DNA of 64,000 nt from an uncultured Nitrospinota bacterium (GTDB taxonomy: Bacteria; Nitrospinota; Nitrospinia; Nitrospinales; JAJDAT01). Positions 28,453 to 38,036 of the stretch are shown here, piece after piece; position 1 is the first letter of the stretch; each line of letters begins with the position of its first letter. Made by a program: the position numbers and the translations under genes. The notes beneath the pieces are model-generated. The model was given only the letters and a program-made list of their open reading frames with translations, did no database searches and was not told the DNA's origin. Location: the NCBI GenBank assembly GCA_964570665.1, contig CAZMZH010000001.1, forward strand, positions 210-64,209, written 5' to 3'.

Positions 28453-28798
28453 TTTAGCAATCTCCTTTATTGAAATTTGGCGATGCCAGATTTTTTGACG
28501 CTATTATTAATAAAAAGAAATGCACTTTTCGTGCCAAAAGCAACCCAAACATAAACTCATCTATCTATTTGTTATATAAACCTTTTAACCTTTGGTTGTT
28601 TTATCGTTTTGGACAGAGTTTCAATTTGTTGAAAAATTTTGCCTAGTCCTAACGAAATTTATTACTAGAAAATTGACTAATTTCAACCGCTAACGAAACC
28701 GCCTTAGGCGTGTAAAATAACTCCCGTCGTGAAACTTACCAGCGCCATGTGTAACACCGCGCCTATAAAATTCCAACGTTTCCCAAAAGTTACTCGTC

Positions 28799-29392
28799 TT
28801 ACTTCTTTTGGAGCGCTAGGTACCCAAAGGAGTATGTCCATTTATCGGAATCGTTGGCGTCTTCGCGCGCCATTTGTCTTGCCGGTAAGTGGCATCCTAT
28901 ACAATCTTCCTTGTAATCCGTGGAAACAGTTTGAATGCGGTTGTCCGCATTGAAAAGCGACCAACCCCAACCGTCGCCCCACAGGTTTGACTCTTTGAAA
29001 CGGTTCTGGGTGTCGCGAACCAACACGAACCATCCTTTGATCTTTGTCGCATGGCTTACCGCCTGTCCGGTTGTCATGGGCATTGTCTTGGTATTGATCA
29101 GTTCCTTGACCAAAACGGCTCCGTCGGGATAGCGACCATGCTCGCGATAATAGTCAATCGTTTCCGGCTGCGTATAAACCACATGATATTCTTTGGCTCC
29201 AGGTTCGCCTTCCGTACTGGCATGCGACCAGGTTCCCAAAGTAGCCCATTTAGTGTAACCTTCAGGAATTCGGATATCTCCCGTTTGCATGTTCACATTG
29301 GGCGCAAAAGGCTTTTCTCCCTGAGTAGTCGCCCCTATCGCGCTAAGCGCTACCAAAACCATAATTGAAGCGATGAAGATTTTATTTTTCAT
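28799..29392 (-). CDS. Cytochrome P460 family protein (periplasmic)
   Basis: Signal peptide. Blocks align by eye with the N. europaea P460 sequence as I recall it: IRIPEGYTKWATLGT, YHVVYTQPETIDYYREHGRYPDGAVLVKEL, VRDTQNRF..WGDGWGWSLF, and a C-terminal heme motif DCIGCH. Confidence 0.7.
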   Translation of the reverse strand: MKNKIFIASIMVLVALSAIGATTQGEKPFAPNVNMQTGDIRIPEGYTKWATLGTWSHASTEGEPGAKEYHVVYTQPETIDYYREHGRYPDGAVLVKELINTKTMPMTTGQAVSHATKIKGWFVLVRDTQNRFKESNLWGDGWGWSLFNADNRIQTVSTDYKEDCIGCHLPARQMAREDANDSDKWTYSFGYLALQKK

Positions 29393-29454
29393 AATAATTT
29401 CCCGCTATTTTTAGAAGTCCCATTAATGATTAGTAAAAGAAATTTTTTCTATCT

Positions 29455-29877
29455 TTATAGAGGTTGCGGCCATACTCGCGATCCGCTCCGTCTTGGCATA
29501 GCATCGACATTTTTAGCTAAATATCCCGAAGCCAATATAGCCACGCCAAGGGCCAGATGAAGAAAGTTATCCATAGCATTAATATGAATAAGACCTAAAA
29601 GCATTCCCTGCGGACTATCCATAGTCGTAAAAAATCCGACTACCCCAACAGTCATATAAACAATTCCAAAACCCAGCATAAATTTTGCGGGCGTTTTCCA
29701 CATAAGAGCCACAGCAATGAAAGCCAAACCCGATGTTAGATGAACCACGTTATGCAACGTATCCGTTATGAAGAAACCTTCGCTACCGACTACGGGATTG
29801 GGTGTAAACCCAAGGACTCCAGACAATAAAAAAGCCAAAGCCCAAATCCAGGAGAGTTTGATTCCAAGTGGTTTCAT
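29455..29877 (-). CDS. DUF4383 family membrane protein
   Basis: Four TM helices and the family block GVLGFTPNP...TLHNVVHLTSG. Confidence 0.55.
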   Translation of the reverse strand: MKPLGIKLSWIWALAFLLSGVLGFTPNPVVGSEGFFITDTLHNVVHLTSGLAFIAVALMWKTPAKFMLGFGIVYMTVGVVGFFTTMDSPQGMLLGLIHINAMDNFLHLALGVAILASGYLAKNVDAMPRRSGSRVWPQPL

Positions 29878-29985
29878 TTTTTTTATCCTTTAAGAAGTTT
29901 TGTATGAATAGATAAATTGAGAAGGGAATCCCAGTTTCTATTTTTTCTGAGGAACCGGGCTTCCCTTCTGATTTAAAAAGTTGGA

Positions 29986-30468
29986 TTAAAGCTCTGCAGG
30001 ATGCTTGTGCTCAATGCTCTTCCAGTTGGAATCAGCTTTGGTAATGTATCCTTGAACGTCTTCATTCCATTTGCTTTGAATATTTTTATCGAGGTTTAAA
30101 AACAATTTACCGTCGACAATTTTCCAGCGGTTTGGATCGGAGTAAAACTTTTTACCAACCGCTACGCCATAAGCACAATACCCGCCGTACTGCGGAGCGT
30201 ATTTTGCTGGGTTGGCTTGGAACTTTTCTTGGTTTTCTTTGGAAACAAATAGATAGGTTCCGCCGTCATAAGTTGCCGTATGGAAACCGCTGCCTCGCAT
30301 AGGTTTTCCCGCTGTAAAATATGCGACAGGATCGTAACCGCCCATCACCGGAGCTGAAATCTCTGTTCCATTGTTCATCATGCCTGCGGTAGCGCCATTG
30401 GCAAACAAGGCGACCAATAAAGAAACTAATACAAAAAACCCGGACCCACGTTTAAATGCAGAACTCAT
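29986..30468 (-). CDS. YHS domain-containing periplasmic protein
   Basis: Signal peptide, GGYDPVAYFTAGKPMRGS, YAPQYGGYCAYGVAVGKK, DPNRWKIVDGKLFLN. Confidence 0.7.
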   Translation of the reverse strand: MSSAFKRGSGFFVLVSLLVALFANGATAGMMNNGTEISAPVMGGYDPVAYFTAGKPMRGSGFHTATYDGGTYLFVSKENQEKFQANPAKYAPQYGGYCAYGVAVGKKFYSDPNRWKIVDGKLFLNLDKNIQSKWNEDVQGYITKADSNWKSIEHKHPAEL

Positions 30469-30705
30469 TGCTGAATCTCCTTAAATCATTTTGGTTATAA
30501 AGTTAAAAATCTCATAAAAAGTACACAGATTAGTATACATAAAACCCATTTCCTTACAGTCGCCTGAAAATAATTTTAATATCAATAAAACCAATAGTTT
30601 AAAATTAAATATGACATAATTTTTAATAGAATATTTAATTTATTTTGATTTTTAATGAAATAAATATATACTTATTAGTGTACTTATAATGAAAGGGAAT
30701 GATAG

Positions 30706-31293
30706 ATGACTCAGTCGTCAAAAAGAGAGCAGTTGATTCAAGCGGCCTTGGAGTTGTTTTCCAGAAAGGGATTCCATGCGGTAGGAATCGATTCGATTTC
30801 AGAAAAAGCGGCTATCACCAAAAAAACGCTTTACCATTATTTCAAATCAAAGGAAGAACTCATCATTGCGGCTCTTCGTTATTACGACGAACGGTTTCGT
30901 AATGATTTCATGCGAGCTGTTGAAGCGAAAACGAAAGATCCTACTGGGAGGTTACTCGCTATTTTTGAAGTTGTGGAAGAGTGGTTCAGTCAAGAAAGCT
31001 TTTCAGGATGTTTGTTTGTAGGCGCAATGGGTGAGTACCCAGATGAAGACATGCCAATTCGGCATGTTTGCCAAGAATCGAAAACTTTAAACCGAAGATA
31101 CATTAAAAGTCTGGCCGAAAAAGCAGGAATTGAAGATGCCAGCCAATTATCCGAGCAGATATACCTATTAATAGAAGGCGCCATCACCATGGCGCAAGTG
31201 AACAATTCTCCTATAAGCGCGCTCCAGGCTAAAAAAGCCGCAGAAGTTCTCATTCAAAATTCAAGTCCCTCCACTCATAGCGCTGGCGCTTAA
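30706..31293 (+). CDS. TetR/AcrR family transcriptional regulator
   Basis: REQLIQAALELFSRKGFHAVGIDSISEKAAITKKTLYHYFKSKEELI is a classic TetR HTH. Confidence 0.85.
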   Translation: MTQSSKREQLIQAALELFSRKGFHAVGIDSISEKAAITKKTLYHYFKSKEELIIAALRYYDERFRNDFMRAVEAKTKDPTGRLLAIFEVVEEWFSQESFSGCLFVGAMGEYPDEDMPIRHVCQESKTLNRRYIKSLAEKAGIEDASQLSEQIYLLIEGAITMAQVNNSPISALQAKKAAEVLIQNSSPSTHSAGA

Positions 31294-31557
31294 GCAGCGC
31301 TACGCTACATTCGCGCTTACAAGTTTTGGAAAAAATTTTCTAATTTAAATCGTGAAAGTTTGAGCCTGTTTATATGTAATAGCTCAAACATTATTTGATA
31401 GCTAGAGCCAGATATCAAACAACGAGATTCAACTCTAAGTGGAAATTGGGAATATTAACTTTTCTTTCCCCAGTATCACTGCTTGATTGAAATCGATCTT
31501 ATTTTTAGTTAGCATCTTGATTGCCAGTCACAAAAAACTAGAAATTGGGAACTTATT

Positions 31558-31923
31558 ATGCCTCAAATTATTGACGAACCTTATGGACAGTTGGTTATCC
31601 ATGAAAGTTATTTGGTCTTTACAGCTAATCAAGGAATTGATTTTTCAGAAAGAGAAGCTAAAAACTTTATTCATCACGTTAGGAACAATTTTGATAACAG
31701 ACCATATTCCTATATCAGTAATCGAACTGTTGGCTACAGCATCAATCCAATTGCCACACAGCAAATCGTTGAATCAACAAATATTAAATCCATCGCAATA
31801 GTAGTAACTTCGACCCGCAGTGAATTAGCCCTCGGCGCCGAGTTACCATTTTACGAGGATGTACCTGTCAAAACATTTGGCTCGCTTGAAGAAGCAGTCG
31901 AATGGAGCCTAAAGATAAATTAA
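31558..31923 (+). CDS. Hypothetical protein (possibly STAS/SpoIIAA-like fold)
   Basis: 121-aa ORF with an ATG start. No diagnostic motif, so the fold guess is weak. Confidence 0.4.
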   Translation: MPQIIDEPYGQLVIHESYLVFTANQGIDFSEREAKNFIHHVRNNFDNRPYSYISNRTVGYSINPIATQQIVESTNIKSIAIVVTSTRSELALGAELPFYEDVPVKTFGSLEEAVEWSLKIN

Positions 31924-32418
31924 AACCTATAACATTCTAATAGGCCACTCGCCGGTTTTTTAGGCAATTTTTCAAGGTTTAGGTCTGCTTTCGACCCGTA
32001 GGTAAAAAAAAGTCCACTATTGACCGATTGGCGCTGTTCAGGAAAATCTGCCGAATCGACTATTTCTAACCTAAAGCGGACATAAGAAGATTTGCATTTG
32101 CTAAAAGTGTAAAAATCAAGATTTTATCGAACAGGCAGTGTCAGGTAAAACTGTAACTAGTACAACTTTTTGATCGTCTGCAACATTTCTGTCGTTTTTT
32201 ATTTTGAAATTCAAATAACCTGGAATGTAATACGATTATTAAAATTATCAGGTAAAAAGTTAAGAGATTCTTCGAAGACTTAAACCTATACAATACCAAG
32301 TAAAGAAACCCGAATAAAAGAATGTTGGAATTCATTAAAGTCGCTTGATATAATTCCGTAATCCAAAATATTAAACGCCAGAACGGAGTATTAATTTTCA
32401 CAAATCTGGAGGGTTAAA

Positions 32419-34101
32419 ATGAGATTACCTTTGAATTTTATCATCCTTCTTTTGACTGCATACCTATCTCTTTTCACAAGGGAGGCGTTAGCTAAAATGA
32501 TCCATGGGCAGGACGAGGATGGGAAATGGTACTTTGTAGATTCTTCGATTAAAATTCCAAAACAATCTCAACAAAAGAATAAGAAATCTAAACTTGCCGC
32601 CGCTCTATCAGGAAATTCTTCTCCGGTAGCGCCTCCCTCTCGCACGGTACTTGCCTCAAAAAATAAATCTCCCCAAAAAGCTTCCAAACAATCAACTTCA
32701 GTTTCCGAAATTGCTTTTGAAAGGATCTATTTAGAAGGAATGGCGGCATTTGATAGAGGCGACTTTAAAACCGCTTGGAAAATTTTGAAACCCTTAGCGG
32801 TCAAGGGATATGCCCCAGCACAAAACAGCTTAGGCCGGTTATATTTTATGGGGCAAGCGGTCGAGCAAGATTATGAAGAAGCCATGAAGTGGTTCCAGCT
32901 TGCTGCCGACCAGGGGTATGTTAATAGCATATACAACATCGGGGCTAACTATCATTTTGGCAAAGGGGTGAAACAAGATTTCACCGAAGCGGTTAAATGG
33001 TATCGCCTGGCTGTTCAACAAGATTATCCAGCCGCCCAGATCAATTTGGGAATGTTATACGATGAGGGAAAAGGAGTTCCCAAAGATCATCAGGAAGCTG
33101 TCAATTTGTACCGTAAAGCCGCCGACCAGGGAATCGCCATGGGCCAATACAATCTGGGTAAAAGTTTTTACGACGGACAAGGCTCTCCTCTGAACTATGA
33201 GGAAGCGGCGCAATGGTTTTTGAAGGCTGCTGAACAAGGGCTTCCCATGGCCCAAACTCATCTGGCATTTATGTATGACCAGGGAAAGGGAATCGCGCAG
33301 GATTTTGGGGAAGCCGTGAAATGGTACCAATTTGCAGCTAAACAAGGGGATGCGCAGGCACAATACAGCCTAGGCGAAAAATTTTTCAAAGGTCAAGGTG
33401 TCGTGAAAAATTATCAAAAAGCGGCACAATGGTTTTTCGCAGCCGCTCAACAAGAATATGCTTTAGGACAATCCTACCTGGGATATATGTATTCTAATGG
33501 ACTTGGGATGAAGCAGAATTATGAAGAAGCGGCGAAATGGTATCTGTTAGCGGCAGATCAGGGAGATGCAGAATCCCAATCCAAACTGGGATACATATAT
33601 GAGGTTGGGGAAGGTGTGGAAAGGGATTACGAGGAAGCGGCGAGGTGGTATCGGAAGGCAGCGGAACAGGGAGATGCAACGGCACAATTTAACCTTGCAA
33701 ACATCTATTATTATGGAAAAGGAATGCCTAAGAATAGTAAAAAAGCATCCGAATGGTTTCTTTTAGCCGCCCAGCAAGGAATTTCAGAGGCTCAATTTCA
33801 AATGGGAAATAATTATTTCAGTGGAAAAGGAGTTCCCCAGGATTATGAAGAGGCCGCCAAATGGTATGAACTTGCGGCCGGACAAAATGAAAGCGCTTCC
33901 ATGGCAACACTTGGGTGGATGTATGCTAAAGGTAAAGGAGTTGCTCCGGATAATGTCAAAGCACTTATGTGGTATATCTTGGCGGCTGAAAATGGTTTTA
34001 AAGGTGGAAACCCGGACCGTAACCGTATTAAAAAACAAATGACTCCTGAAGAAATTGAAAGTTCTCAAAATTTGGTCACTAATTGGAAGGGCAAACTCTA
34101 A
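32419..34101 (+). CDS. Secreted Sel1-like repeat (SLR) protein, about 12 repeats
   Basis: Signal peptide, low-complexity linker, then repeated A..WY..AA.QG...AQ..LG.MY..G.GV..D..EA units throughout. Confidence 0.88.
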   Translation: MRLPLNFIILLLTAYLSLFTREALAKMIHGQDEDGKWYFVDSSIKIPKQSQQKNKKSKLAAALSGNSSPVAPPSRTVLASKNKSPQKASKQSTSVSEIAFERIYLEGMAAFDRGDFKTAWKILKPLAVKGYAPAQNSLGRLYFMGQAVEQDYEEAMKWFQLAADQGYVNSIYNIGANYHFGKGVKQDFTEAVKWYRLAVQQDYPAAQINLGMLYDEGKGVPKDHQEAVNLYRKAADQGIAMGQYNLGKSFYDGQGSPLNYEEAAQWFLKAAEQGLPMAQTHLAFMYDQGKGIAQDFGEAVKWYQFAAKQGDAQAQYSLGEKFFKGQGVVKNYQKAAQWFFAAAQQEYALGQSYLGYMYSNGLGMKQNYEEAAKWYLLAADQGDAESQSKLGYIYEVGEGVERDYEEAARWYRKAAEQGDATAQFNLANIYYYGKGMPKNSKKASEWFLLAAQQGISEAQFQMGNNYFSGKGVPQDYEEAAKWYELAAGQNESASMATLGWMYAKGKGVAPDNVKALMWYILAAENGFKGGNPDRNRIKKQMTPEEIESSQNLVTNWKGKL

Positions 34102-34139
34102 TATTATCCCTAAATTTTACCTTTACGGCTACCACAAGA

Positions 34140-34197
34140 TATAGGAATTATCCTATATAACATAGGATATTGACTTATATTTTTTGATGATTATAAT
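34140..34197 (+). promoter_or_regulatory. Near-consensus sigma70-type promoter with an adjacent palindromic operator
   Basis: TATAGGA-atta-TCCTATA (34140-34157) plus a third ATAGGAT half site (34163-34169). TTGACT (34170-34175), 16-nt spacer, TATAAT (34192-34197). It lies 41 nt upstream of the 34238 start. Confidence 0.5.
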
Positions 34198-34237
34198 TTG
34201 ATATGTAACGCCGAAAACTCTACGGAGGCGGGCAATT

Positions 34238-34936
34238 ATGGATTTTGCTCAAAATTTGAGCGCCATGAAAGTCTACTTACCTTTTCGGGAACCACAGGTT
34301 GGAAAAGACTATTGGATTGAAGATAATGTATTGCATAATCCAATGGAAGTAGCTGAAAGGTGCATATCGAAAAATATTTGGACGCTTGGATCACCCTGGC
34401 GATCGGTAGCTTGGCCGGGTATGCGCGCGCATAATGCTCTCACCCAGGAAGAACTTTCCCGGGTGGAAGAATGCGTTAAGAAAGGTCTAGATATTAAGGA
34501 AATATTTCCTCAAAGCCATCCAGAAACTGGGACATCAAGCCATAACAACATTCAGATCGTTGGTGGGGAAGATGGAGTGGCTCGTCCCCATGTCGATTCG
34601 GCAAAAATTTGTGATATTGCTGGAGTCCTATATCTTCATCCAAACCCTCCCACGCAGCATTGCGGTACATCCTTTTATCGTCTTCACCTCCCTGGCGAAC
34701 CGCTTGGTGGAAATATATGCCCCAAAGAATATGAAAGTCTTTCGCAGGTTCCAGGGTTTCCGCAAGAAGCGGAACCTACAATGTTTGAAGAAATCTTGGA
34801 AGTTAAATATGTTTTTAACCGACTTGTGGCCTATAAATCAAACCTTATACACTCCGCCAGTTCCTATTTTGGTTGGGGTCATGAATTGGCCGCAAAACGA
34901 ATGGCGGCAGTATTTTTTTGGAAAGTAAAAGAATAG
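34238..34936 (+). CDS. Hypothetical protein; possible double-stranded beta-helix / 2OG-Fe(II) oxygenase-like
   Basis: 232-aa ORF. ARPHVDS (HxD) and a later LIHSAS His fit a facial-triad arrangement, but this is weak. Confidence 0.4.
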   Translation: MDFAQNLSAMKVYLPFREPQVGKDYWIEDNVLHNPMEVAERCISKNIWTLGSPWRSVAWPGMRAHNALTQEELSRVEECVKKGLDIKEIFPQSHPETGTSSHNNIQIVGGEDGVARPHVDSAKICDIAGVLYLHPNPPTQHCGTSFYRLHLPGEPLGGNICPKEYESLSQVPGFPQEAEPTMFEEILEVKYVFNRLVAYKSNLIHSASSYFGWGHELAAKRMAAVFFWKVKE

Positions 34937-34954
34937 TTGCGGGAATTTTTAGGG

Positions 34955-35425
34955 CTACGATTTGGTAAGGCGATATCTCTTGAAGATCTTGCCGCCAACG
35001 GTCAATTGACCATCTTCAATAAAACCCAAACGAGTTATAGCTTTTGAATTTGGTCGGCTTGGTGGTAATAGGATAGTTATTGAACTAAGGTTCATTTGGT
35101 TAAACGCCCGGTCTTTTACTTTATAAAAAATTTTTCGTCCCCATCCCCAAAATTTGGGATGGAGAATCAGGGCAAAATCAGCTTCTCCGCGCTCCGGTTG
35201 TAATCCCCCCCAACCGGCAAATTCACCGTTGATGAGAAAAGCCCAAGGGCCAAATCCATGTTCATCCCAAAACCGCTTTTTTTCTTTTAAAAAGGTTCTA
35301 CAATCTTCGGCTGAAAACCCACTGACAAGCAAAGGCAACTGCTTACCTACCATCTCATTATTCATTAGATCGGTGATTTGATATTCTTTTATTTCAATGA
35401 GATGAACAAATTCAATTTCATCCAT
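34955..35425 (-). CDS. GNAT family N-acetyltransferase
   Basis: FAGWGGLQP...HPKFWGWGRKIFYKVKDRAF (acetyl-CoA motif A region). It directly abuts the sigma factor stop. Confidence 0.7.
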   Translation of the reverse strand: MDEIEFVHLIEIKEYQITDLMNNEMVGKQLPLLVSGFSAEDCRTFLKEKKRFWDEHGFGPWAFLINGEFAGWGGLQPERGEADFALILHPKFWGWGRKIFYKVKDRAFNQMNLSSITILLPPSRPNSKAITRLGFIEDGQLTVGGKIFKRYRLTKS

Positions 35426-35983
35426 TTAACATCCACAACAATCGGACTTATTCTCATACTCCATAATATTTCCGCGAGCGTCCATTTTATAGGTACAGCA
35501 CTCTTGAAAAAGCTCTTTAAGTTTTTGTCGTCCTCGCTGAGCCCGTGATTTTAGCGCTGAGTAAGACAATCCCAATTCTTTAGCGAGCTCTTTTTGAGAA
35601 GCGCCCTGTATGTCTATGGCGTCTACGACGTCGCCATATTTTTCAGGTAGGTTTTTGATAAAAGGTTTTATGCATTGTGATAGTTCCTGAAGCGCCGCTC
35701 CTTCCGCATCTAGACTTTCTTCCTGGAGATCGGAGAGTTCTGGAAACGATTCTATAGATAAGCTATTGGAAGGCTTTCGATAGTAATCCATTAAAGTATT
35801 GCGGGCAATTTGGAACAACCATGACTTCAATTTTTTGGAGTCTTTTAACGACCCCAAATTTGTATGTATTTTGATTAAAATTTCCTGCAATAAATCTTCT
35901 GCATCTTCAGAGCTTTTAACTCTTGAAAGCAGAAACCCTCGCAAGAGATTTCCATAGTCGTTCCAAATTTCCTCAATGTTCAT
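35426..35983 (-). CDS. sigZ: ECF-type RNA polymerase sigma factor, SigZ-like, with Cys-rich C-terminal tail
   Basis: Region 2 AEDLLQEILIKIH...WLFQIARNTLMDYYRK, region 4 ASQKELAKELGLSYSALKSRAQRGRQKL, then CCTYKMDARGNIMEYENKSDCCGC. Confidence 0.7.
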   Translation of the reverse strand: MNIEEIWNDYGNLLRGFLLSRVKSSEDAEDLLQEILIKIHTNLGSLKDSKKLKSWLFQIARNTLMDYYRKPSNSLSIESFPELSDLQEESLDAEGAALQELSQCIKPFIKNLPEKYGDVVDAIDIQGASQKELAKELGLSYSALKSRAQRGRQKLKELFQECCTYKMDARGNIMEYENKSDCCGC

Positions 35984-36010
35984 AGCTTTAATTCTTTCTA
36001 CTTTTATTAT

Positions 36011-36475
36011 CTAACAACAACCAGCGCTCGACGTTTCGTCAGAGGGAACGCAACAAGTCGGGTCTATATCCTGATCGTTCCTTAAATCGGAATCTTCAAA
36101 AACTACAAAAGTTTCCCAGGAGTTGCCGTCGGGATCATTAACCCACACTTTATCCTGGATTGCAAAACAGCAGGTTGTGTTTTCCTCAACCCGGGTTTTT
36201 AAACCAAGTGCTTTGAATCGTTCCGTTTGATTCTTTACGCCGGCGCCGGTTTTAATTTCGATACCCATATGGTTGATCTGATTGCCAGAAACCTGCCTGG
36301 CTTCATTCAACGTTAAGTTAATGGGCGGGTTTTCGACTTCAAACTTAGCGTATCCCGGTTTTACTTTGCTCGCTTTAACGTTAAACAATGCTTCATAAAA
36401 CGCTATTGATTTATCAATCTGGCATGCGTTAAGAGCTATATGCATTCGTGACGACTCTTTAAATTTTCTTTTCAT
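36011..36475 (-). CDS. ArsI/CadI family glyoxalase-fold (VOC) metal(loid) resistance protein with Cys-rich tail
   Basis: MHIALNACQIDKSIAFYEALF..., INHMGIEI, vicinal cysteines in NTTCCFAIQDKVWVNDPDGNSWE, C-terminus DPTCCVPSDETSSAGCC. Confidence 0.65.
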   Translation of the reverse strand: MKRKFKESSRMHIALNACQIDKSIAFYEALFNVKASKVKPGYAKFEVENPPINLTLNEARQVSGNQINHMGIEIKTGAGVKNQTERFKALGLKTRVEENTTCCFAIQDKVWVNDPDGNSWETFVVFEDSDLRNDQDIDPTCCVPSDETSSAGCC

Positions 36476-36595
36476 TTTATTTTTCCTTAATTAAAGTTGC
36501 TTTCACTATGAAGACGGAGAAGCCGCTAAAAAGACGCAAATGGAATGTAGTTAAACTTAGGATGTAGAAAAGAAGAGGTCAGAATGAGAAAGTGA

Positions 36596-36865
36596 GCTTT
36601 AGAAGGCACACTGGCAGGCGTCATTCAGTGGTACCTATTGCGCGATCCGCTTTGGGCCATCGGAGCTGCGCTTCTGGTTTTCGTCATTCCTTTTACATTA
36701 TTGGTTCTCAAGACGATCAACGATAAATGGTTGGACTCGAATGTGAAACTTTTGGACTCTGAAGCTGAAGATTTGCTAGTTAAATGGGCTCCACGGCATG
36801 GGGTAAGGAGCATAGCAAGTGGGATGTCGTTTTTTATTTATCTATGTGCCAGTGTAAATAATTGA
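36596..36865 (+). pseudogene. Probable C-terminal remnant of a DUF1772 (anthrone-oxygenase-like) membrane protein
   Basis: The open frame begins right after a TGA at 36593-36595. It encodes only about 89 aa (2 TM) with the block P.T...L...N..L......E...L...W...H.VR typical of the C-terminal half of DUF1772. It has no good start or SD. Confidence 0.3.
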
Positions 36866-37031
36866 GGTCCGCTTATCCCCGATTCCTGTCTACAACAAAC
36901 CTTTAAAAATCCATGATCGGCTATTTACCGGATCTCAGCGTAGGAATCGGAGCTGTGTTTAACGCTACGAGAAGGGGGAATACTTATACGGTTTATCAGG
37001 TTGGCCTTACCCAATTTCTTTTTTTTACGCC

Positions 37032-37643
37032 TTATGGCTTGATCAGTTCTTGTGCAGTCTTTTTGCGAATTCTATGCATACTTAGTTTAGCGCAGCTCTC
37101 ACAATATTGAAGTTTTCCAGGCTCGCCAACCCCGCCGCCACGAACGCCCCCCGCTTCCCAAAAATCTTTCTTGTGGCCACATTTACCGCATACCTGGATC
37201 CACTTACGTGTCTGTTGCTCTAGCGACTTGTAAGAAGCGGTTGACAACATGCGCCGCAATACAGGATGTTTAGCGTCGGCAGAACCGGCTTTTATCAACC
37301 GCTGTTCTTCAGGCATGAATTTTGGCGCGCCCAGTGGAATAATAGCGGCGATTAAAACAAACAAACTCATCGAAGTGTAAAACCAACCCTGCAATTCAAA
37401 ATAAAAAAGTACGGCGCTGATTATTAACAGTACTGATAAAGTTATGAGCCCGTTACCCACATGATCTGCGAGTCCTTCTATATCGTATTCCTTTTTTATG
37501 TGTTTGGGCGCTCGATTGTAACCGGCAATCAGGCCATAACATTTGTATCGAGAAATCAATAAGCCAAGAATAAAGAATACCAATGAAATAATAACGCCAG
37601 AAAATACTATAATTGGAAAGTCGAAAAGTTGTTCATTAGACAT
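37032..37643 (-). CDS. DUF3784-like membrane protein fused to a C-terminal zinc ribbon
   Basis: LIAGYNRAPKHIKKEYDIEGLADHVGN (DUF3784 block), 4 TM helices, then CGKCGHKK...YCESCAK. The preferred start is the internal ATG at 37643. Confidence 0.5.
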   Translation of the reverse strand: MSNEQLFDFPIIVFSGVIISLVFFILGLLISRYKCYGLIAGYNRAPKHIKKEYDIEGLADHVGNGLITLSVLLIISAVLFYFELQGWFYTSMSLFVLIAAIIPLGAPKFMPEEQRLIKAGSADAKHPVLRRMLSTASYKSLEQQTRKWIQVCGKCGHKKDFWEAGGVRGGGVGEPGKLQYCESCAKLSMHRIRKKTAQELIKP

Positions 37644-37660
37644 TTGTGATTCCGCCTCTT

Positions 37661-37915
37661 CTAATCTAAAAGCGCGGTAAAAAAAACGCCGAGCGTGCCA
37701 CCGATCAGGAAAAAGATACCAAACAGGTAATAAATCCATTTCGCGCCAGTCGCGCTACCAAAGTTTATTGTCCAACCTTCGCTAACATTCCTCTTCGGTA
37801 CAAATGTTCTGGAATCTTTTTTGCTAAAATAAATGCTGCTCCAATTTTCAGGATTTTCCCATTCTTTTTGATTTTGATCGTTTTGTTTTTTTGGAGTAGT
37901 CATAGGTCTATCCAA
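37661..37915 (-). CDS. DUF5808-like small membrane protein
   Basis: WSSIYFSKKDSRTFVPKRNVSEGWTINFG matches the DUF5808 core (FVPKR..G.GWT.NF), followed by a C-terminal TM helix. Confidence 0.5.
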   Translation of the reverse strand: MDRPMTTPKKQNDQNQKEWENPENWSSIYFSKKDSRTFVPKRNVSEGWTINFGSATGAKWIYYLFGIFFLIGGTLGVFFTALLD

Positions 37916-38036
37916 CGCCTCGTTTCATTGCGGTATTACTATTCTTATTTTTGCAACAATGAAAAATACGCCTTTTATCTCTGCGAGGCATAATATAAAT
38001 TATGGAATATTATACATCCGCTACACTACTTGAGAC

